From contig NW_027142325.1 of NCBI RefSeq assembly GCF_036365525.1, positions 310,001 through 374,000 of the forward strand: a stretch of DNA of 64,000 nucleotides. Direction: 5' to 3'. Both the position numbers and the translations under genes were made by a program. Numbering within the stretch: position 1 is the first letter of the stretch; the number at the start of each line of letters is the position of its first letter. Under the pieces are notes generated by a model, which saw only the letters and a program-made list of their open reading frames with translations, did not search any database and was not told where the DNA came from. The DNA is from Heterodontus francisci. Lineage: Eukaryota. Shown here piece by piece: positions 1 through 14,550 of the stretch.

Positions 1-877
1 AGGAAAAGATTAGCAAAGACAAACGTGGGCCCATTACAGGCAAAGATAGGGGAATTTATAATGGGGAATAGGAAATGGCAGAGAAACTAAACAAATACTT
101 TGTGTCTGTCTTAACAGAGAAAGATACAAAAAAATTGCCAAAAAACTAAAGAACCAAGGGACGAGCAGGAATGAGGTACTGAACAAAATTAGTATTAGTT
201 AAAAAAAAGTAGTACCGAATAAATTAATGGGAGTGAAAATTTATAAATCCCCTAGACTTGATGATCTATATCCCAAAGTGTTGAAAGAGGTGGTTGTAGA
301 GATAATGCGTGGTGATCATCTTCCAAAATTCTATAGATTTTCGAATGGTTTCTGGAGATTGAAAGGTAGCAAATGTAACCCCACTATTTAAGAAAGGAGG
401 GAGAGAAAACTGGGGAACTACAGACCTGTAAGTCTGACATCAGTAGTAGGGGAAATGCTAAAATCTACTTTAAAGGATGTTACAACTGGACACTTAGAAA
501 ATGATGGTAGGATTGAGCAGAGTCAACATGGATTTATGAAAGGGAAATCATGTTTGACAAACCTGTTAGAGTTTTTTGAGGATATAACTTGCAGAATAGA
601 TAAGGGGAAACCAGTGGATGTGATATATTTGGATTTTCAGAAGGCATTCAATAAGGTCCCACATAGGAGATTCGTAAGCAAAATTAGAACACATGGGATT
701 AGGGGTAATATACTGGCATAGATTGAAAATTGATTAATGGACAGAAAATGGAGAGTAGGAATAAACAGGCCATGACTAGCTGGGTACTGCAAGAATCATC
801 ACAATATATATCAATGATTTGGACATGGGCACCAAATATAATATTTTCAAGTTTGCTGATGGCACAAAACTAGTTGC
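1..877 (+). mobile_element. CR1 LINE ORF2 fragment (RT), interrupted by the LTR element; resumes at ~5850-7150
   Basis: [19 protein letters not shown]...YLDFQKAF and FAD motifs, with stops and frameshifts. Confidence 0.9.
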
Positions 878-3800
878 TCTTATGATCCTGTTGTTTTTTG
901 GGGGGAAAATATGTGGTGTGCCTTTGAGATGCCAAAAGATCTGAACTGCTTTAAGAACAAGCAAGCCTCAGGAGTTACCAAGAAGGTGCATTTTGGTTGC
1001 CCGTGGATACAACCATGTGGAGAGAGAGCCAACCAGGTTCCAAGGGTGCATCCTGGTTGCCTTGGATATAACCACTCGGAGATTGAGGGTCGGTATACAA
1101 TGCTACGATTGACTTTTAAAGTGGCTTTTTATTTGAGACAGATTGTTCTAACCGACAGACAGCTGGGCCAGCATGAACTGACCAGAGATCTCTGTTAATT
1201 TAAACTGAAGAAAGTAAATTTAGACTATTTTACCCCCCCCCCACCCCCTCAAAATTCTAAAAGTTAAGCCACATTGATTTCTTTGAAAGTGGTAGCAAAC
1301 TGTTGCTGTGTTCATCGCTGGACAAGAAGAACAACACTTCAACTGCTGAACTAGACTAGTGATTGTCCTACTGTTGGAGAACCTTCCCCCCCACCATCCC
1401 CCATCAGACAACTGCGAAGACTTCGAGCAACATTGGATAGTTTCTACATTGGGAAGATTCCATTTCGACAGGAGTGTAAATCTGCAAGGACTTTGTTACT
1501 TCTATTTTTAACTGTTGTTTTATCTTAATAGTGTTTAAGAATTTAGTTTTTCTAATAAACAGTTAATTTGTTGATCTAAAGACACCTGGTTTAGTTCATA
1601 CCATTCAGGGGTTAATAGATGGTTCAATTCGCCTGTGATTTTCTTTAGTTTGGAAAGTTTAAAGTTAGGCAATCTGTGGAGTGACAGGTCTCAATTGACA
1701 GTGCATTGCTCCCACCGCAATTAGAATTGTATATTTTTATTAGGGGCTTTGTCTTGAGCGGTCATGTCGTAACATATTAATTGGGGGCTCGCTCATGATT
1801 GAATCTTATTTTAATTAAATGGCTCACATCTGGGGTCAGAATGAGACTAATTTGGAGGGTTTGCAATTGGAATCATATTAATTACTCATTTCTGGGATAA
1901 CATATTTAAATTGGGGTCAATTGGAAACTCAATTGTTGGGATCTAATGTAACGCCAATTACAAAGAAATAAAGAACCAGATCTCTTGTATAATAAGGTAA
2001 AGTCTATACCATTATAATTGCATTAATGGTTGCAGCAGAGTTTTTGGGAAAGCAGAATGTTTCCCTGAGTGACTTGATAACTTTAACTCAGAATAAATTA
2101 AAAGAATTGGCAGCAAAATTGGGGTTAGAATTGAAATTAGGTGCCAAAAAAGCAGAGATAATTGACATAATAGTCCAACATCTGGAATTAGGAGAAGAAG
2201 ATGATGAAGGAGAATATGAGGAACAAGAAAGCAATAGTTCAGAGAGTGATGCAGTGGTATTGGCTAGGATTCAGTTAGAAATGAAAAAACTTGAGGATGA
2301 AAGGGAATTAAGAAAACTTGAATTGTAAAAAGAGGAAAGAGAAAAAGAAAAAGCAATAGTAATAAGTAAACTTGAACAAGAGAAAGAAACAACAAAAGAC
2401 TTAAGCTTGAATTCCAGAAAGAGGATGGGAGAAAGAGTGGGAATTTAAATTAAAAGAGATGGAACTAAAACAAAGGGATGGTCTTGAATCCAGAGAAAGT
2501 TCAGGTCAGGAAGAATCTGAATTTAGCTCAGGACCCAGCGAAAAGCTGTTTAAATTTATACAGTCTCTTCCTACATTTGAGGAAAGGGATGTAGAGGCAG
2601 TTTTCATATCTTTCGTAAAAATAGCCAAACAGATGAAATGTCCGAAAGAAAGCTGGACACTGCTTATGCAGGGCAGGTTGGTAGGCAGAGCTCATGAAGT
2701 TTATGCCATGCTTCCTGAAGAGGCTTCTGCAGATTATGAGATGGCAAAAAAGGCTATTCTCACTTGTGTATGAGTTAGTCCCTGATGCTTACGGTCAGAA
2801 GTTTAGGAACTTACGGAGATTGACTGGGCAGACATATTTAGAATTTGAGAGGATGAAGCAAATTATTTTTGACCATTGGATACAGGCATTAAAGATAGAA
2901 ACCACATATGAGAACCTTTGAGAATTGATTCTCTTAGAAGACTTTAAAAATGCCATTCCTTCAGTAGTGGGAACTCATATAGATAACCTGAAAGTTTTGA
3001 AAGTTAGGCAAGCAGCAGAAATTGCTGATGATTTTGAGCTTGTGAATAAGCCAACCTCTTTTGTCCGTCACCCCCATAAACCTGAGAAGGATAGAAATTG
3101 GGAGAGTGAAAGGAAAGCAAGTAGCCGGGGACAAGAAGGAACAGCTGGGAATGCCTCAGGATCACCTCCTCAGGTCAGAAAGGAAGGTGCTGAGGATAGA
3201 AGTGAGGTTCGCAAGCCAATGTGTTATCATTGTAACAAAACGGGCCATGTTCGTTCAGAGTGCTGGAAATAGTGAGGTAAACCCATAGGATCTGTTGGGG
3301 TATGCAAAGTTAGTGCACAGGAAAAGACTCCGACTGAGAGTATAGCAGACCAGGCTATAGCTTTGATGACAGCTATGAAACCAGATACTAGAACTAAAAG
3401 AGTGTAGAGGTTAAGAATAAAATGCCTGAGAGTTACAATGAATTTCTGTCAAAGGGGTGAGTAACTCCTGTAAGTGAGACAGGAAAACCTATCATTATAC
3501 TCAGCGACACAGGAGCAACCTAATCGCTCTTGCTAGAGAAAGATATAAGGGTTCCACCAGAGAGTGCCTTGAACCCTAAAGTTTTACTTAATGGAATTGG
3601 CGGGGTGTATATACGCATATCTTTGTATAAAGTATGCCTAGAGAGTGACTTAATATCTGAGATAGTTACTGTAGGTGTTGTCCATAGTTTACCAGTGAAG
3701 GGAACTGATCTACTCCGAGGAAATGATTTCTGGATCAACAGTATCAGTGTCTCCTAAAGTTACAGAGAAACCAAGTGAAATTAAGGAAATGGAGCAATTA

Positions 3801-4460
3801 CTGGAACAATTTTTCGTGGATATTTCCTGCGTGTATAGTTACCCGAGCAATGGCTAAACAGGATCCATTGTTGGAGGTAAAAGGGGCACCACAAATAGAT
3901 AGCCAAGTATCTGAAACCCTTATTTGGGGATTTAGATAATCCAAATGAGTTGTTTAACAGATCGTCTATCATTGCAGCACAGCAAGCTGATCCAGAGATA
4001 TACCGAATAGCACAGAGAGTTCTGTCAGAAGCTGAGGAGACAGGAGTCCCAGAAGGCTGTTATATGGCAAACGGGGTTTTGAGGAGGAAATGGAGACCGC
4101 CTCATAGGCCTGCAGACAAAGGCTGGACAGTTGTTGAACAGATAGTAGTACGACCTAAATATCGCCAAGGATTATTAAGGTTAGCACACGACATTCCTTT
4201 TGCAGGACATAGGGGAATTTGAAAGACCAAATCACACATAAGCCTGGTCAGGTTTTACAAAGGATGTGAGACAATTTTGTAGGACATGCCATACCTGTCA
4301 AATGGTGGGAAAACCACAACCTACCATAAAACCAGCACCGCTAGTTCCCACATCAGTGATTGAGGAACCATTTAGCAGCGTGTTAGTAGATTGTGTAGGA
4401 ACCTTGCCAAAAACAAAAGCAGGGCATCAATACATACTTAATATCATGGATATGGTAACA
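878..4460 (+). mobile_element. Gmr1-like Ty3/Gypsy LTR retrotransposon, 3'-truncated (5' LTR ~878-1774, tRNA-Pro PBS, SCAN-gag, CCHC, protease, integrase N-terminus)
   Basis: LTR ends ...cgtaaca, followed by ttgggggctcg. SCAN-like YELVPDAYGQKFR...LILLEDF; knuckle CYHCNKTGHVRSEC; protease DTGA at ~3505; integrase AHD..FAGH...CRTCHTCQ...PFS.V.VDCVG follows the protease directly. Confidence 0.88.
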
Positions 4461-4499
4461 GTGGGAATGTGAGTTGTGAGGGGATGCAAAGAAGCATCA

Positions 4500-5850
4500 A
4501 GGGGATTACTCTCAATCATCAGTAAAGTGATGGAAGGTGTCATCAACAGTGCCATCAAGCGGCACTTGCTTAGCAATAAGCTGCTCAGTGACGCTCAGTT
4601 TGGGTTCTGCCACAGCGACTCAGCTCCTGACCTCATTACAGCCTTGGTTCAAACGTGGACAAAAGAGCTGAACTCAAGGTGTGAGGTGAGAGTGACTGCC
4701 CTTGACATCAAGACAGCATTTGACCGAGTATGGCATCAAGGAGCCCAAGCAAAACTGAGGTCAATGGGAATCAGGGGGAAAGTCCTCTGCTGGTTGGAGT
4801 CATAACTAGCGCAAGGTAAGATGGTTGTGGTTGTTGGAGGTCAATGACCTGAGCTCCAGGACATCACTGCAGGAGTTCCTCAGGGTAGTGTCCTCGGCCC
4901 AACCATCATCAGCTGCTTCATCAATGACCTTCCTTCAATCATAAGGTCAGAATTGGGGATGTTCGCTGATGATTGCACAATGTTCAGTAGCATTTGTGAC
5001 TCATCAGATACTGAAGCAGTCTGTGTGGAAATGCAGCAAGACCTGGACAATATCCAGGCTTGGGCTGATAAGTGGCAAGTAACATTTGCGCCACACAAGT
5101 GCCAGGCAACGACCATCTCCAACAAGAGAGAATCTAACCATCTCCCCTTGACATTCAATGGCATTACCATCGTTGAATCCCCCACTATCAACATCCTAGG
5201 GCTACCATTGACCAGAAACTGAACTGGAGTAGCCATATAAATACTGTGGCTACAAGAGCAGGTCAGAGGTAGGGAATTCTGAGGCGAGTAACTCACCTCC
5301 TGACTCCCCAAAGCCTGTCCACAATCTACAAGGCACAAGTCAGGAGTGTGATGGGATACTCTCCACTTGTCTGGATGGGTGCAGCTCCAACAACACTCAA
5401 GAAGTTCGACAACAGGACAAAGCAGCCCACTTGATTGGCACCCCATCTACAAACATTCACTCCCTCCACCACCGACGCACAGTGGCAGCTGTGTGTACCA
5501 TCTACAAGATGCACTGCAGCAACGCACCAAGGCTCCTTAGACAGCACCTTCCAAACCCATGAGTTCTACCAACTAGAAGGACAAGGGCAGCAAATGCATG
5601 GGAACACCACCACCTGCAAGTTCGTTTCCAAGTCACACACCATCCTGACTTGGAACTATGTCGCCGTTCCTTCACTGTCGTTGGGTCAAAATCCTGGAAC
5701 TCCCTTCCTAACAGCACTGTGGGTGTACCTAGCCCACATGGACTGCAGCGGTTCAAGAAGGCAGCTCACCACCACCTTCTCAAGGGCAATTAGGGATGGG
5801 CAATAAATGCTGGCCTGGCCAGTGACGCCCACATCCCATGAATGAATTAA
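4500..5850 (+). mobile_element. CR1-superfamily LINE 3' portion (second family)
   Basis: QFGF...[28 protein letters not shown]; 3' tail gggcaattagggatgggcaataaatgctggcc. Confidence 0.85.
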
Positions 5851-7150
5851 AGAAAAGACAGGCCAAGTGAGTTGGCAGGAACATGGCAGATGGAATATAA
5901 CGTGGAAAAATGTGGGCCGGAATTTGAGGTTGGGTGGGAGGCTCCACCCACCATCCATAACGTCAGGGGCAAGCCCGCCTTCGCCAGGCCTGGGAGCAAC
6001 ACCAAGATCATATGTCCCCCAGGCCCTAAGTTGGCCTTAGGTGGGACTTCTGCCAATCAGTGGGCCAGCAGCTCTCAGTACCAGCAGCGCTACTGCTGGA
6101 ACTCCACCAAGATTCGGCAGCAAGAGGGACGCGGGTCCCGGATAAAGGTTTGTGAGGCTTCACCAGGGACAATTGTCTTGGCCGTTTCACGCCGCCACTG
6201 CCCCTGGTAAATTTGTAGTGGAGTCGGCAAGGCGTCGGGAATGGCACAGCGTGCCTCCCACTCAATTTTACAACTCCCCCCCACCCATGCCACTAGCCCA
6301 CTCCTGTAGGAGGTGTAAAATTCCAGCTGTGAAGTTATTCACTTTGCTGGGAAGAACAGAAATGCAGAGTATTTCTTAAATGGTGAGAGATTGGGAAGTG
6401 TTGATGTCCAAAGGGACCTGGGTGTCCTTGTTCATAAGTCACTGAAAGCTAACCTGCAGGTGCAGCAAGCAATTAGGAAGGCAAATGCTATGTTGGACTT
6501 TATTGTAAGAGGATGTGAGTAGAGGAGTAAAGGAGTCTTGCTGCAATTGTATAGAGCCTTGGTGAGACTGCACCTGGAGTATTGTGTATAGTTTTGGTCT
6601 CCTTACCTAAGGAAGGATATACTTTCCATACAGGGAGTGTAATAGCGGTTTGCCAGACTGATCCTTGGGATGGTCGGATTGTACTACGAGGAGAGATTGA
6701 GGAGACTGGGCCTATATTCTCTAGAATTTAGAAGAATGAGTGGTGATCTCACTGAAGCATACAAAATTCTTACAGGGCTCGACAGGGTTCTTGCAGGTAA
6801 GATGTTTCCCCTGGCTTGAGGCGTCTAGAACCAGGGGACACAGACTCAGAATAAGAGATAGGCCATTTAGGACTGAGATGAGAAGGAATTTCTTCATGCA
6901 GAGTCTGGTGTATCTGTTGAATTCTCTACCACAGAGGGCTATTGAGGCTCAGTCATTGAGTATGTCCAAGGAAAAGACTGATAGATTTCTAGACATTAAA
7001 GATGTCAAGGGATATGGGGATAGTGCAGGAAAATGGTGTTGAAGTGGAAGATCAGCCATGATCAAGTTGATTAGTGGAACAGGCTCAAGGGGCTGAATGG
7101 CCGACTCCTGCTCCTAGTTCTTATGATCCTATGTTTCCAAGTTCCTATGT
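5850..7150 (+). mobile_element. CR1 LINE 3' end
   Basis: WQMEYNVEKC...RTRGHRLRI..FRTEMRRNFF; tail ttcttatg/ctatgtt repeats. Confidence 0.88.
5914..6327. mobile_element. MITE (probably Harbinger-derived) inserted in CR1
   Basis: TIRs ggccggaattt...aaattccagc; interrupts CR1 gaaaaatgtg/aagttattc with tgt(g) duplicated. Confidence 0.7.
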
Positions 7151-9992
7151 TCTTTCTGTATTTGTTCTTTCTCTTTGGCCTCATTTGGCTGGTTTAAGAC
7201 CACTGGGGCTGCTATCACTTTACCTCCAGCCAAATCATCGCCGAGCTGCAAATCTATTCCGGCCACAGGCAGACAATGAATAATCCCTATTGTAACTGGT
7301 CCAGATACTAGTGTAGGTGGATCCAATACAAGAGCACTGACATGTATCCATCTTCAGTGCCTCTTACCAGAACCTTTGCCTTGATTGAGCTGTCTGGTGG
7401 AACGGTCATCCTTTTACCCAGCATTAAGGAGTGAGTGGCCAATGAATCTCAGAGCAGAACAATGGATTTTCCTGTCTCATTAGAGGGATATGGGACACCT
7501 TTCCCTTTCAAACAAAATCCTGATAACCTTCAGGAATCTTTTCTACTTCTGCTACATCTGGGACAGTATTCTTTGAGGAGTGTATTACAGTGGTTCGGGT
7601 CACAGGCTTGTCTGCCTTGTTGCCTACTTGGGCTCCTTTTCCAACTCAGCTCTGTGAACTCCTACAAAATTTACTGTCTCCCCTTTAAATTCCAGCTTTC
7701 ACATGCCACGTTTTACTGCAATGGAAACACACAGGTCTGTGGAAAACATTCCTGCCCTTTGCACTTTATTTCCTTACTGGTGCAGGTCTTCTTGCATTCT
7801 CACTTTTGGTTCCCTTTTCACCAGCACCCCATCTTTTATTATTATTAATCCACTTTCTGTCCTTCCCAGAACTCTTGCGATTATTATAGATGGGTTTTCC
7901 ATGAAAAAGGATTTTTGAGTAAGCACATAATCATCTGCCATTTCAGCAGCTTCTCTTACCCTTGTAATTCTTTGCTCCTCCATATGAGTCTTTATGTTGA
8001 GGGGGATGCTATTTTTAAATCCTTCTCGTACAATTATTTCTCTCAAATTTCCATTTGAGATTCTAACTTGAGAGATCGGATCCTGTGAACGAAAGCCATG
8101 AGTTTAATTCTTTCAAATTCAATAAAGGTTTGGGCAGGTTTTTTCCTAGCATTTCAAACCTGCGGCTGATAGGCACGTATGCATTTAAGATCGCAGTTTT
8201 AGTCTGTTCTTAATCAGAGGAGCTTTCTTCTGATAACATGGAATGAACTTCACAAGCTCTACCCACCAATTCATCTTGTACGAGGAGGGTCCAATATTCT
8301 TTTGGCCATCCTAGTCTGTATCTATTTTTTCAAAGGAGATAAAATGGAGCTCGACCTCTTCCTTATTACATTTTGGCACAAATTGTGAGTATCTTAAAAC
8401 AGCAAAGTTACTTTGCGAATTGTGGATCTAGTTTGAGTGGCTGGTTGCATTCTCACCTTGTACTTGCAGCCTTTCTAACTCAAACTTTCTCACCGCTTCC
8501 TGCCTTTCCTTTTGAAGTTGAAACTCTTCTTCCTCTTTTTCCTTTTGAAGTTGAAACCCTTTCCTCTTTTCTCAAGTGCAACTCCTCCCTCTCTTTCTGA
8601 ATTCTAGCTAGGGCCCTGTTTTCAGTATCAGATCCCATGGTTGCTTCTCCTGGTTCTGGGTTAAAATTAAAATGGCTCACTAGATTCTTCAACATTTTAG
8701 GTTTCTTTGTTTTTTGTTTGAAAGTGACTCCCACCTGGGCAGCTCAGGTTGTTACGACCAGGCGAGGAAGGGATCTCAGGCTCCTCTTTCGCCTCTTCTC
8801 TGGGTTGACCACAACAGGGTTTATCTTTTTTTAACACAGTGATTTAACTGACCACCTCAGTGAACAATTGCTCCAGTTTTCCTAATATAATTGCAAATGA
8901 ACCAACAAGACAGGTATTTTTGAGTGTAAACAAGAAAGATGTAAGTTTATTAACCTTATCACTCTAAACCGGTTAATATTACTAAAATACACTGCGCCTC
9001 CATGCCCATATTCACACAAGAGCCACACACACACACACACACACACACAAATAAATTACAGAGGGAAAAGCAAATTTTGGGAGGTTGGAGTAGAATCCTT
9101 AATAAATGCAGTTTAAATACTGAATCTCAGTCCCAGAGTCTTTAGTTGAAATTGTAGTCCTGAAGTCTTCGCTGGGCCATATGCACGGGTCGGGCTGGCT
9201 TCTCAGGTTCTGGAAGGCAGGAGAGGGACTTTATCCTTGTCCCCTGGTTGCTGACTGTAAGGATCTGTAAACTTGTCTTCCACCAGCGTCAGCTTGAGGC
9301 TTCTCAGGATCTGTACTGGAGAGAGAGAGAGAGAGATGCTGTTCCCTAGCTAGATCCCAGTTACTGTCTGGCTTCTGAGTCACCACTCACAAATCTCCTG
9401 AGTGGGCCAAGCAGTCATGTGATGTGACCACCTCTTTGTGTTTGAATCAGCATCTTCCGGAATGATCTTTGAAATTTTCCCCCGAGCTGTTCAGACATAC
9501 TTGATAGTGGGAGGTTTGGCTCTTTCAATGTCAATGGATGTCGATGGCTTTTGACGACCCCCATTGATAAGGTTATCCCAGATAAATGAATCGGAGAGCA
9601 TCCCATTGACCTGGCTCGACTGAGTAATCACATCTGTCTCCGGCCCGATTCTTTGGTGTTTTCATATGCAAATTGTGCGTGGCCAGCTTGGCTGCCAGCT
9701 GTTGCGTTTTCAAAAGTTATTTGTAACAATGTCCAGTACAAGTCTCAGGCAAAGTTCCATATGATGAAATTAATATTTCCATTTGGCATGTGGGGCTTCC
9801 GTCACACCTCTGGACCACGCCAAATGAAATGTGACAATGGATGCATTTCATTATAGGAGTTAAAAAAAAGAGAAAACACTGGAAAACACACATGCATTTT
9901 TTCATTCACTCTCATCCACTCTGTCATCCACTCAGAAATCTTAATATTGTTGCAGCTTGTCCTTTTTCCCTCTGAAGCAGCAGTGTTGATTT

Positions 9993-12900
9993 CACAGAAT
10001 CACAGAATCGTTACAGTGCAGAAGGAGGCCATTGTCTCCGCACTGGCTCTCTGAAAGAGCAATTTCCTCAGTTCCATTCCCCTGCCTTCTCTCCATAACC
10101 TTGCACATTCTTCCTTTTCATATAACTGTCTAATTCCCTTTTGAATGCTTCAATTGAACCTGCCTCCACCACATTCTCAGGCAGTGCATTCCAGACCTTA
10201 ACCACTTGCTGCAGGAAAAAGTTTTTCCTCATGTCACTTTTGCTTCTCTTACCAAATACTTTAAATCTGTGCCTTCTCATTCTCAATCCTTTCATGAGTG
10301 GGAACAGTTTTTCTCTAGCTACTCTTTCCAGACCCTTCATGATTATGAATACCTCTATCAAATCACCTCTCAGCCTTCTCTTCTCCAAGGAAAACAGTCC
10401 TAACTTCTCCAATCTATCTTCATAACTGAAATTCCTCATCCCTGGAACCATTCTGGTGAATCTTTTCTGTACTCTCTCCAATGCCCTCACATCTTTCCTC
10501 AAGTGCGGTGCCCAGAATTCAACGCAATACTCCAGCTGAGGACAATCTAGTGTCTTATACAAGTTCAACAAAACTTTCTTGCTCTTGTACTCTATGCCCT
10601 TATTAATAAAGCCCCAGACTCTCAATGACTTATGCACGTATATACCTAGGTCCCTCTGCTCTTGCACCCCCTTTAGAATTGTACTCTTTATTCTATATTG
10701 CCTCTCCATGTTCTTCCTACCAAAATGAATCACTTCACATTTCTCAGCATTGAACTTCATCTGCCACCTGTCTTCCCCTTCCACCAACTTGTCTATGTCC
10801 TTTTGTAGTTCTACACTATCCTCCTCACAGTTCACAATGTTTTGTATCATCTGCAAACTTTGAAATTGTGCCCTGTACACCAAGGTCTAGGTCATTAATA
10901 TATATCAGGAAAAGCAAGGGTCCCAACACTGATCCCTGGGGAACTCCACTACAAACATTCCTGCAGTCCGAAAAACATCCATTAACCACTGCTCTTTGTT
11001 TCCTGTCACTCAGCCAATTCCGTATCCATGTTGTTACTGTCCTGCTTATTCCATGAGCTACAGGTTTGTTCACAAGTCTGTTATGTGGCACTGTATCAAA
11101 CGCATTTTGAAAGTCCATGTACACTACATCAACAGCATTGCCCTCATCAACCCTCTCTGTTACCTCCTCAAAAAACTCTAGCAAATTAGTTAAACATGAT
11201 TTTCCATTAAGAAATCCATGCTGGTTTTCCTTAATTAACTCGTATTTGTCCATGTGACTATTGATTTTGTCCCAAATTATTTTTCCTAGAAGTTTTCCCA
11301 CCGCTGAAGTCAAACTGGCTGGCCTGTAGTTGCTGGGCTTATCTTTACACCCTTTTTTGAACAAGGGAGTAATGTTTGCAATTCTCCAGACCTCTGGCAC
11401 CACCCTCGAGTATAAGGAAGACTGAAAAATTATGGCCAGTGCCTCTGCGATTTCCACTGTCACTTCCCTCAATATCCTTGGATGCATCTCATCTGGTCCT
11501 GGTGCTTTATCCTCTTTAAGTACAGACAGCCTATCTAATACTTCCTCATTGTCAATTTTAAACCCTCTAATGTCTGACTTGCCTCCTCTTTCAACAATGC
11601 TTAGGTTGCATCTTCGTCCTTGGTAATGACAGATGCAAATTTAATACCTCAGCTATGCCCTTTAACTCCATGTGTAAATCCCCTTTCTGGTCCCTAATAG
11701 TCCCCACTCCTCCTTTTACCACCCTTTTACTATTTATATTCCTATAGAAAACTTTGGGATTCCCTTTAATGCTAGTTGCCAGTCTCTTTTCATGCTCTCT
11801 CTTTGCTTCTCTTATTTGATTTTTCACTTCCCCTCTGGACATTTTATATTTAGCCTGGTTCTCAATAGTATTTTCTACCTGGCATCTGTCACAAGCACAC
11901 TTTTTCTTCTTTATATTAATCTTTACCTCTTTTGTCATCCAGGGAGCTCTGGATTTGTTTGCCCTACTTTTCCCCATTGTCATCGACCGGTTTTCCTGCC
12001 AGCTTTTAACTCTAATTTATTCGCCCAACTCCATTCTTCTCCCATTGAAGTTGATTATTCTTACTCTGGATTGCTCTTTGTCCTTTTCCATAGTCAGCCT
12101 AAACCTTATGATACAATGATCACTATCCCCTAAATGCTCTCCTACTGATACTTGATCCAATCGGCCCACCTCATTCCCAAGAACCAGGTCTAGCAGTGCC
12201 TCCTTTCTTGTTGGACTAGCAACATACTGTTGTAAAACATTTTCGTGAACACACTCTAGGAACTCTTGCCCGTCACTGACCTTTACACTCCTATTATCCC
12301 AGTCTATGTTTGGATAATTAAAGACCCCCATTATAACTACCCGATAATTTTTGCAGCTCACTGGAATTTTCTTGCAAATTTGTTCCTCCACGTCCTTCCC
12401 ACTAGCTGGTGGCCTGTAGATAACACTGAGCAATGTAACTGTATCTTTTTTCTTCCTTAGCTCTAGCCAAATTGATTTTGTCCTCGACCCCTCTGGGACA
12501 TCCTTTTTCTCCAGCACTGCAACAGTTTCCTTCAACAATACCGCCACTCCTCCCCCTTTTTCCCTTTCTTACCTTTCCTGAACACCTTGTATCCAGGAAT
12601 ATTCAACACCCAGTCCAGCCCTTCTTTGAGCCTGGTCTCTGTTCAAGCCTCAACATCACATTTCCACAAGGCAATCTGCACCTGTACCTCACTGGTCTTA
12701 TTACCCACAGTCCATGCATTCACATACATGCACATTAACCCTGATTCAGACTTTATTACTTTCTCCCTTACGCTGACCCCACCTAATAATTTACTATTCC
12801 CGACTCCGAGTCGTGGATAGTGATGAGGATTGTCAGAGGATACAGCAGGATAGAGATCGGTTGGAGACTTGGGCGGAGAAATGGCAGATGGAGTTTAATC

Positions 12901-14550
12901 CGGACAAATGTGAGGTAATGCATTTTGGAAGATCTGATACAGGTGGGAAGTATACAGTAAATGGCAGAACCCTCAGGAGTATTGACAGGCAGAGAGATCT
13001 GGGCGTACAGGTCCACAGATCACTGAAAGTAGCAACGCAGGTGGATAAGGTAATCAAGAAGGCATACGGCATGCTTGCTTTCATCGGTCGGGGCATAGAG
13101 TATAAAAATTGGCAAGTCATGCTGCAGCTGTACAGAACCTTAGTTAGGCCACACTAGGAATATTGCGTACAATTCTGGTCACCACACTACCAGAAGGAAG
13201 TGGAGGCTTTGGAGATGGTACAGAAGAGGTTTACCAGGATGTTGCCTGGTCTGGAGGGCATTAGCTATGAGGAGAGGCTGGATAAACACGGATTGTTTTC
13301 ACTGGAATGACGGAGGTGGAGGGGCGACATGATAGAGGTTTACAAAGTTATGAGTGGCATGGACAGAGTGGATAGTCAGAAGCATTTTCCCAGGGTGGAA
13401 GAGTCAGTTACTAGGGGACATAGGTTTAAGGTGCGAGGTGCAAAGTTTAGAGGGAATGTGCGAGGCAAGTTCTTTACACAGAGGGTGGTGAGTGCCTGGA
13501 ACTTGCTGCCAGGGGAGGTGGTGGAAGCAGATACGATAGCGACGTTTAAGAGGCGTCTTGACAAATGCATAAATAGGATAGGAATAGAGGGATACGGTCC
13601 CCGGAAGAGCAGAAGGTTTTAGTTTAGGCAGGCATCAAGATCAGCGCAGGCTTGGAGGGCCGAATGGCCTGTTCCTGTGCTGTACTGTTCTTTGTTTTTT
13701 GCACTCTTGTTCTATCTATCTCCCCCAGTATTCTGTGCTCCTTGGTTTTCCTCTCTGATACTTGCTCCTGGTTCACACACCCCTGACAAGTTACCAGTTT
13801 TGCTTCCCTGCAATCTGAGCTCCCTCTCAGGTTCCCACCCCCTGACAATTTAGTTTAAACCTTCCCCCAACAGCACTGGCAAATCTCCCTGCAAGGATAT
13901 TCGTCCGTCTTGCTCAGATGCAACCCGTCCATCTTGTACAGGTCCCACCTGCCCCAGAACAGGTCCCAATGCCTCAGAAATCTGATGCGTTCCCTTCTAC
14001 ACCAGTTCTTCAGCCACATGTTCAATTGCTCAATTCTACTATTCCTCTGCTCACTTGCATATGGGACTGGGAGTAATCCTGAGATTACTGCTTTTGAGGT
14101 CCTGCTTTTTAGTCTCCTTCCTAGCTCCCTAAAATCTGCTTTCAGGACCTCATCCCCCTTCTTAACTATGTCATTGGTACCAATGTGGACCACGGCCTCT
14201 GGCTGTTCACCCTCCCCCAGAAGAATGTCCTGCAGCCGCTCCGTGACATCCTTGACCCTAACACCAGGGGAGGCAACACACCACCCTGGAGTCATGTTTA
14301 CTGCCATAGAAACGCCTCTCTGTTCCCCTAACTAATGAATCCCCTATCACTACTGCTCTTCCACTCTTCGTCCCCCCATTCTATGCAGCTGAGCCACCTG
14401 TGATGCCACAAACTTGGATCTGACTGCCACTCCTCTGAGGAATCATCACCCTCACTAGTATCCAAAATGGAAAACCGATTAGCGAGTGAGATCATATCAG
14501 GGGACTCCTGCACTACCTGCCTGGTTCTCTTAGATTGCCTGGCGGTCACT
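9993..14550 (-). mobile_element. Near full-length decayed CR1 LINE (ORF1 SGNH esterase, APE endonuclease, RT)
   Basis: ORF1 esterase VVHIGTND...DGLHL (13855-14307); APE IYRPP...GDSDH; RT FADD; tail (cacagaat)2. Confidence 0.92.
12810..13697 (+). mobile_element. HER1/CR1 3' fragment inserted antisense in the CR1 above
   Basis: WAEKWQMEFNPDKCEVMHFG...TRGHRFKV; tail ggcctgttcctgtgctgtactgttct. Confidence 0.9.
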
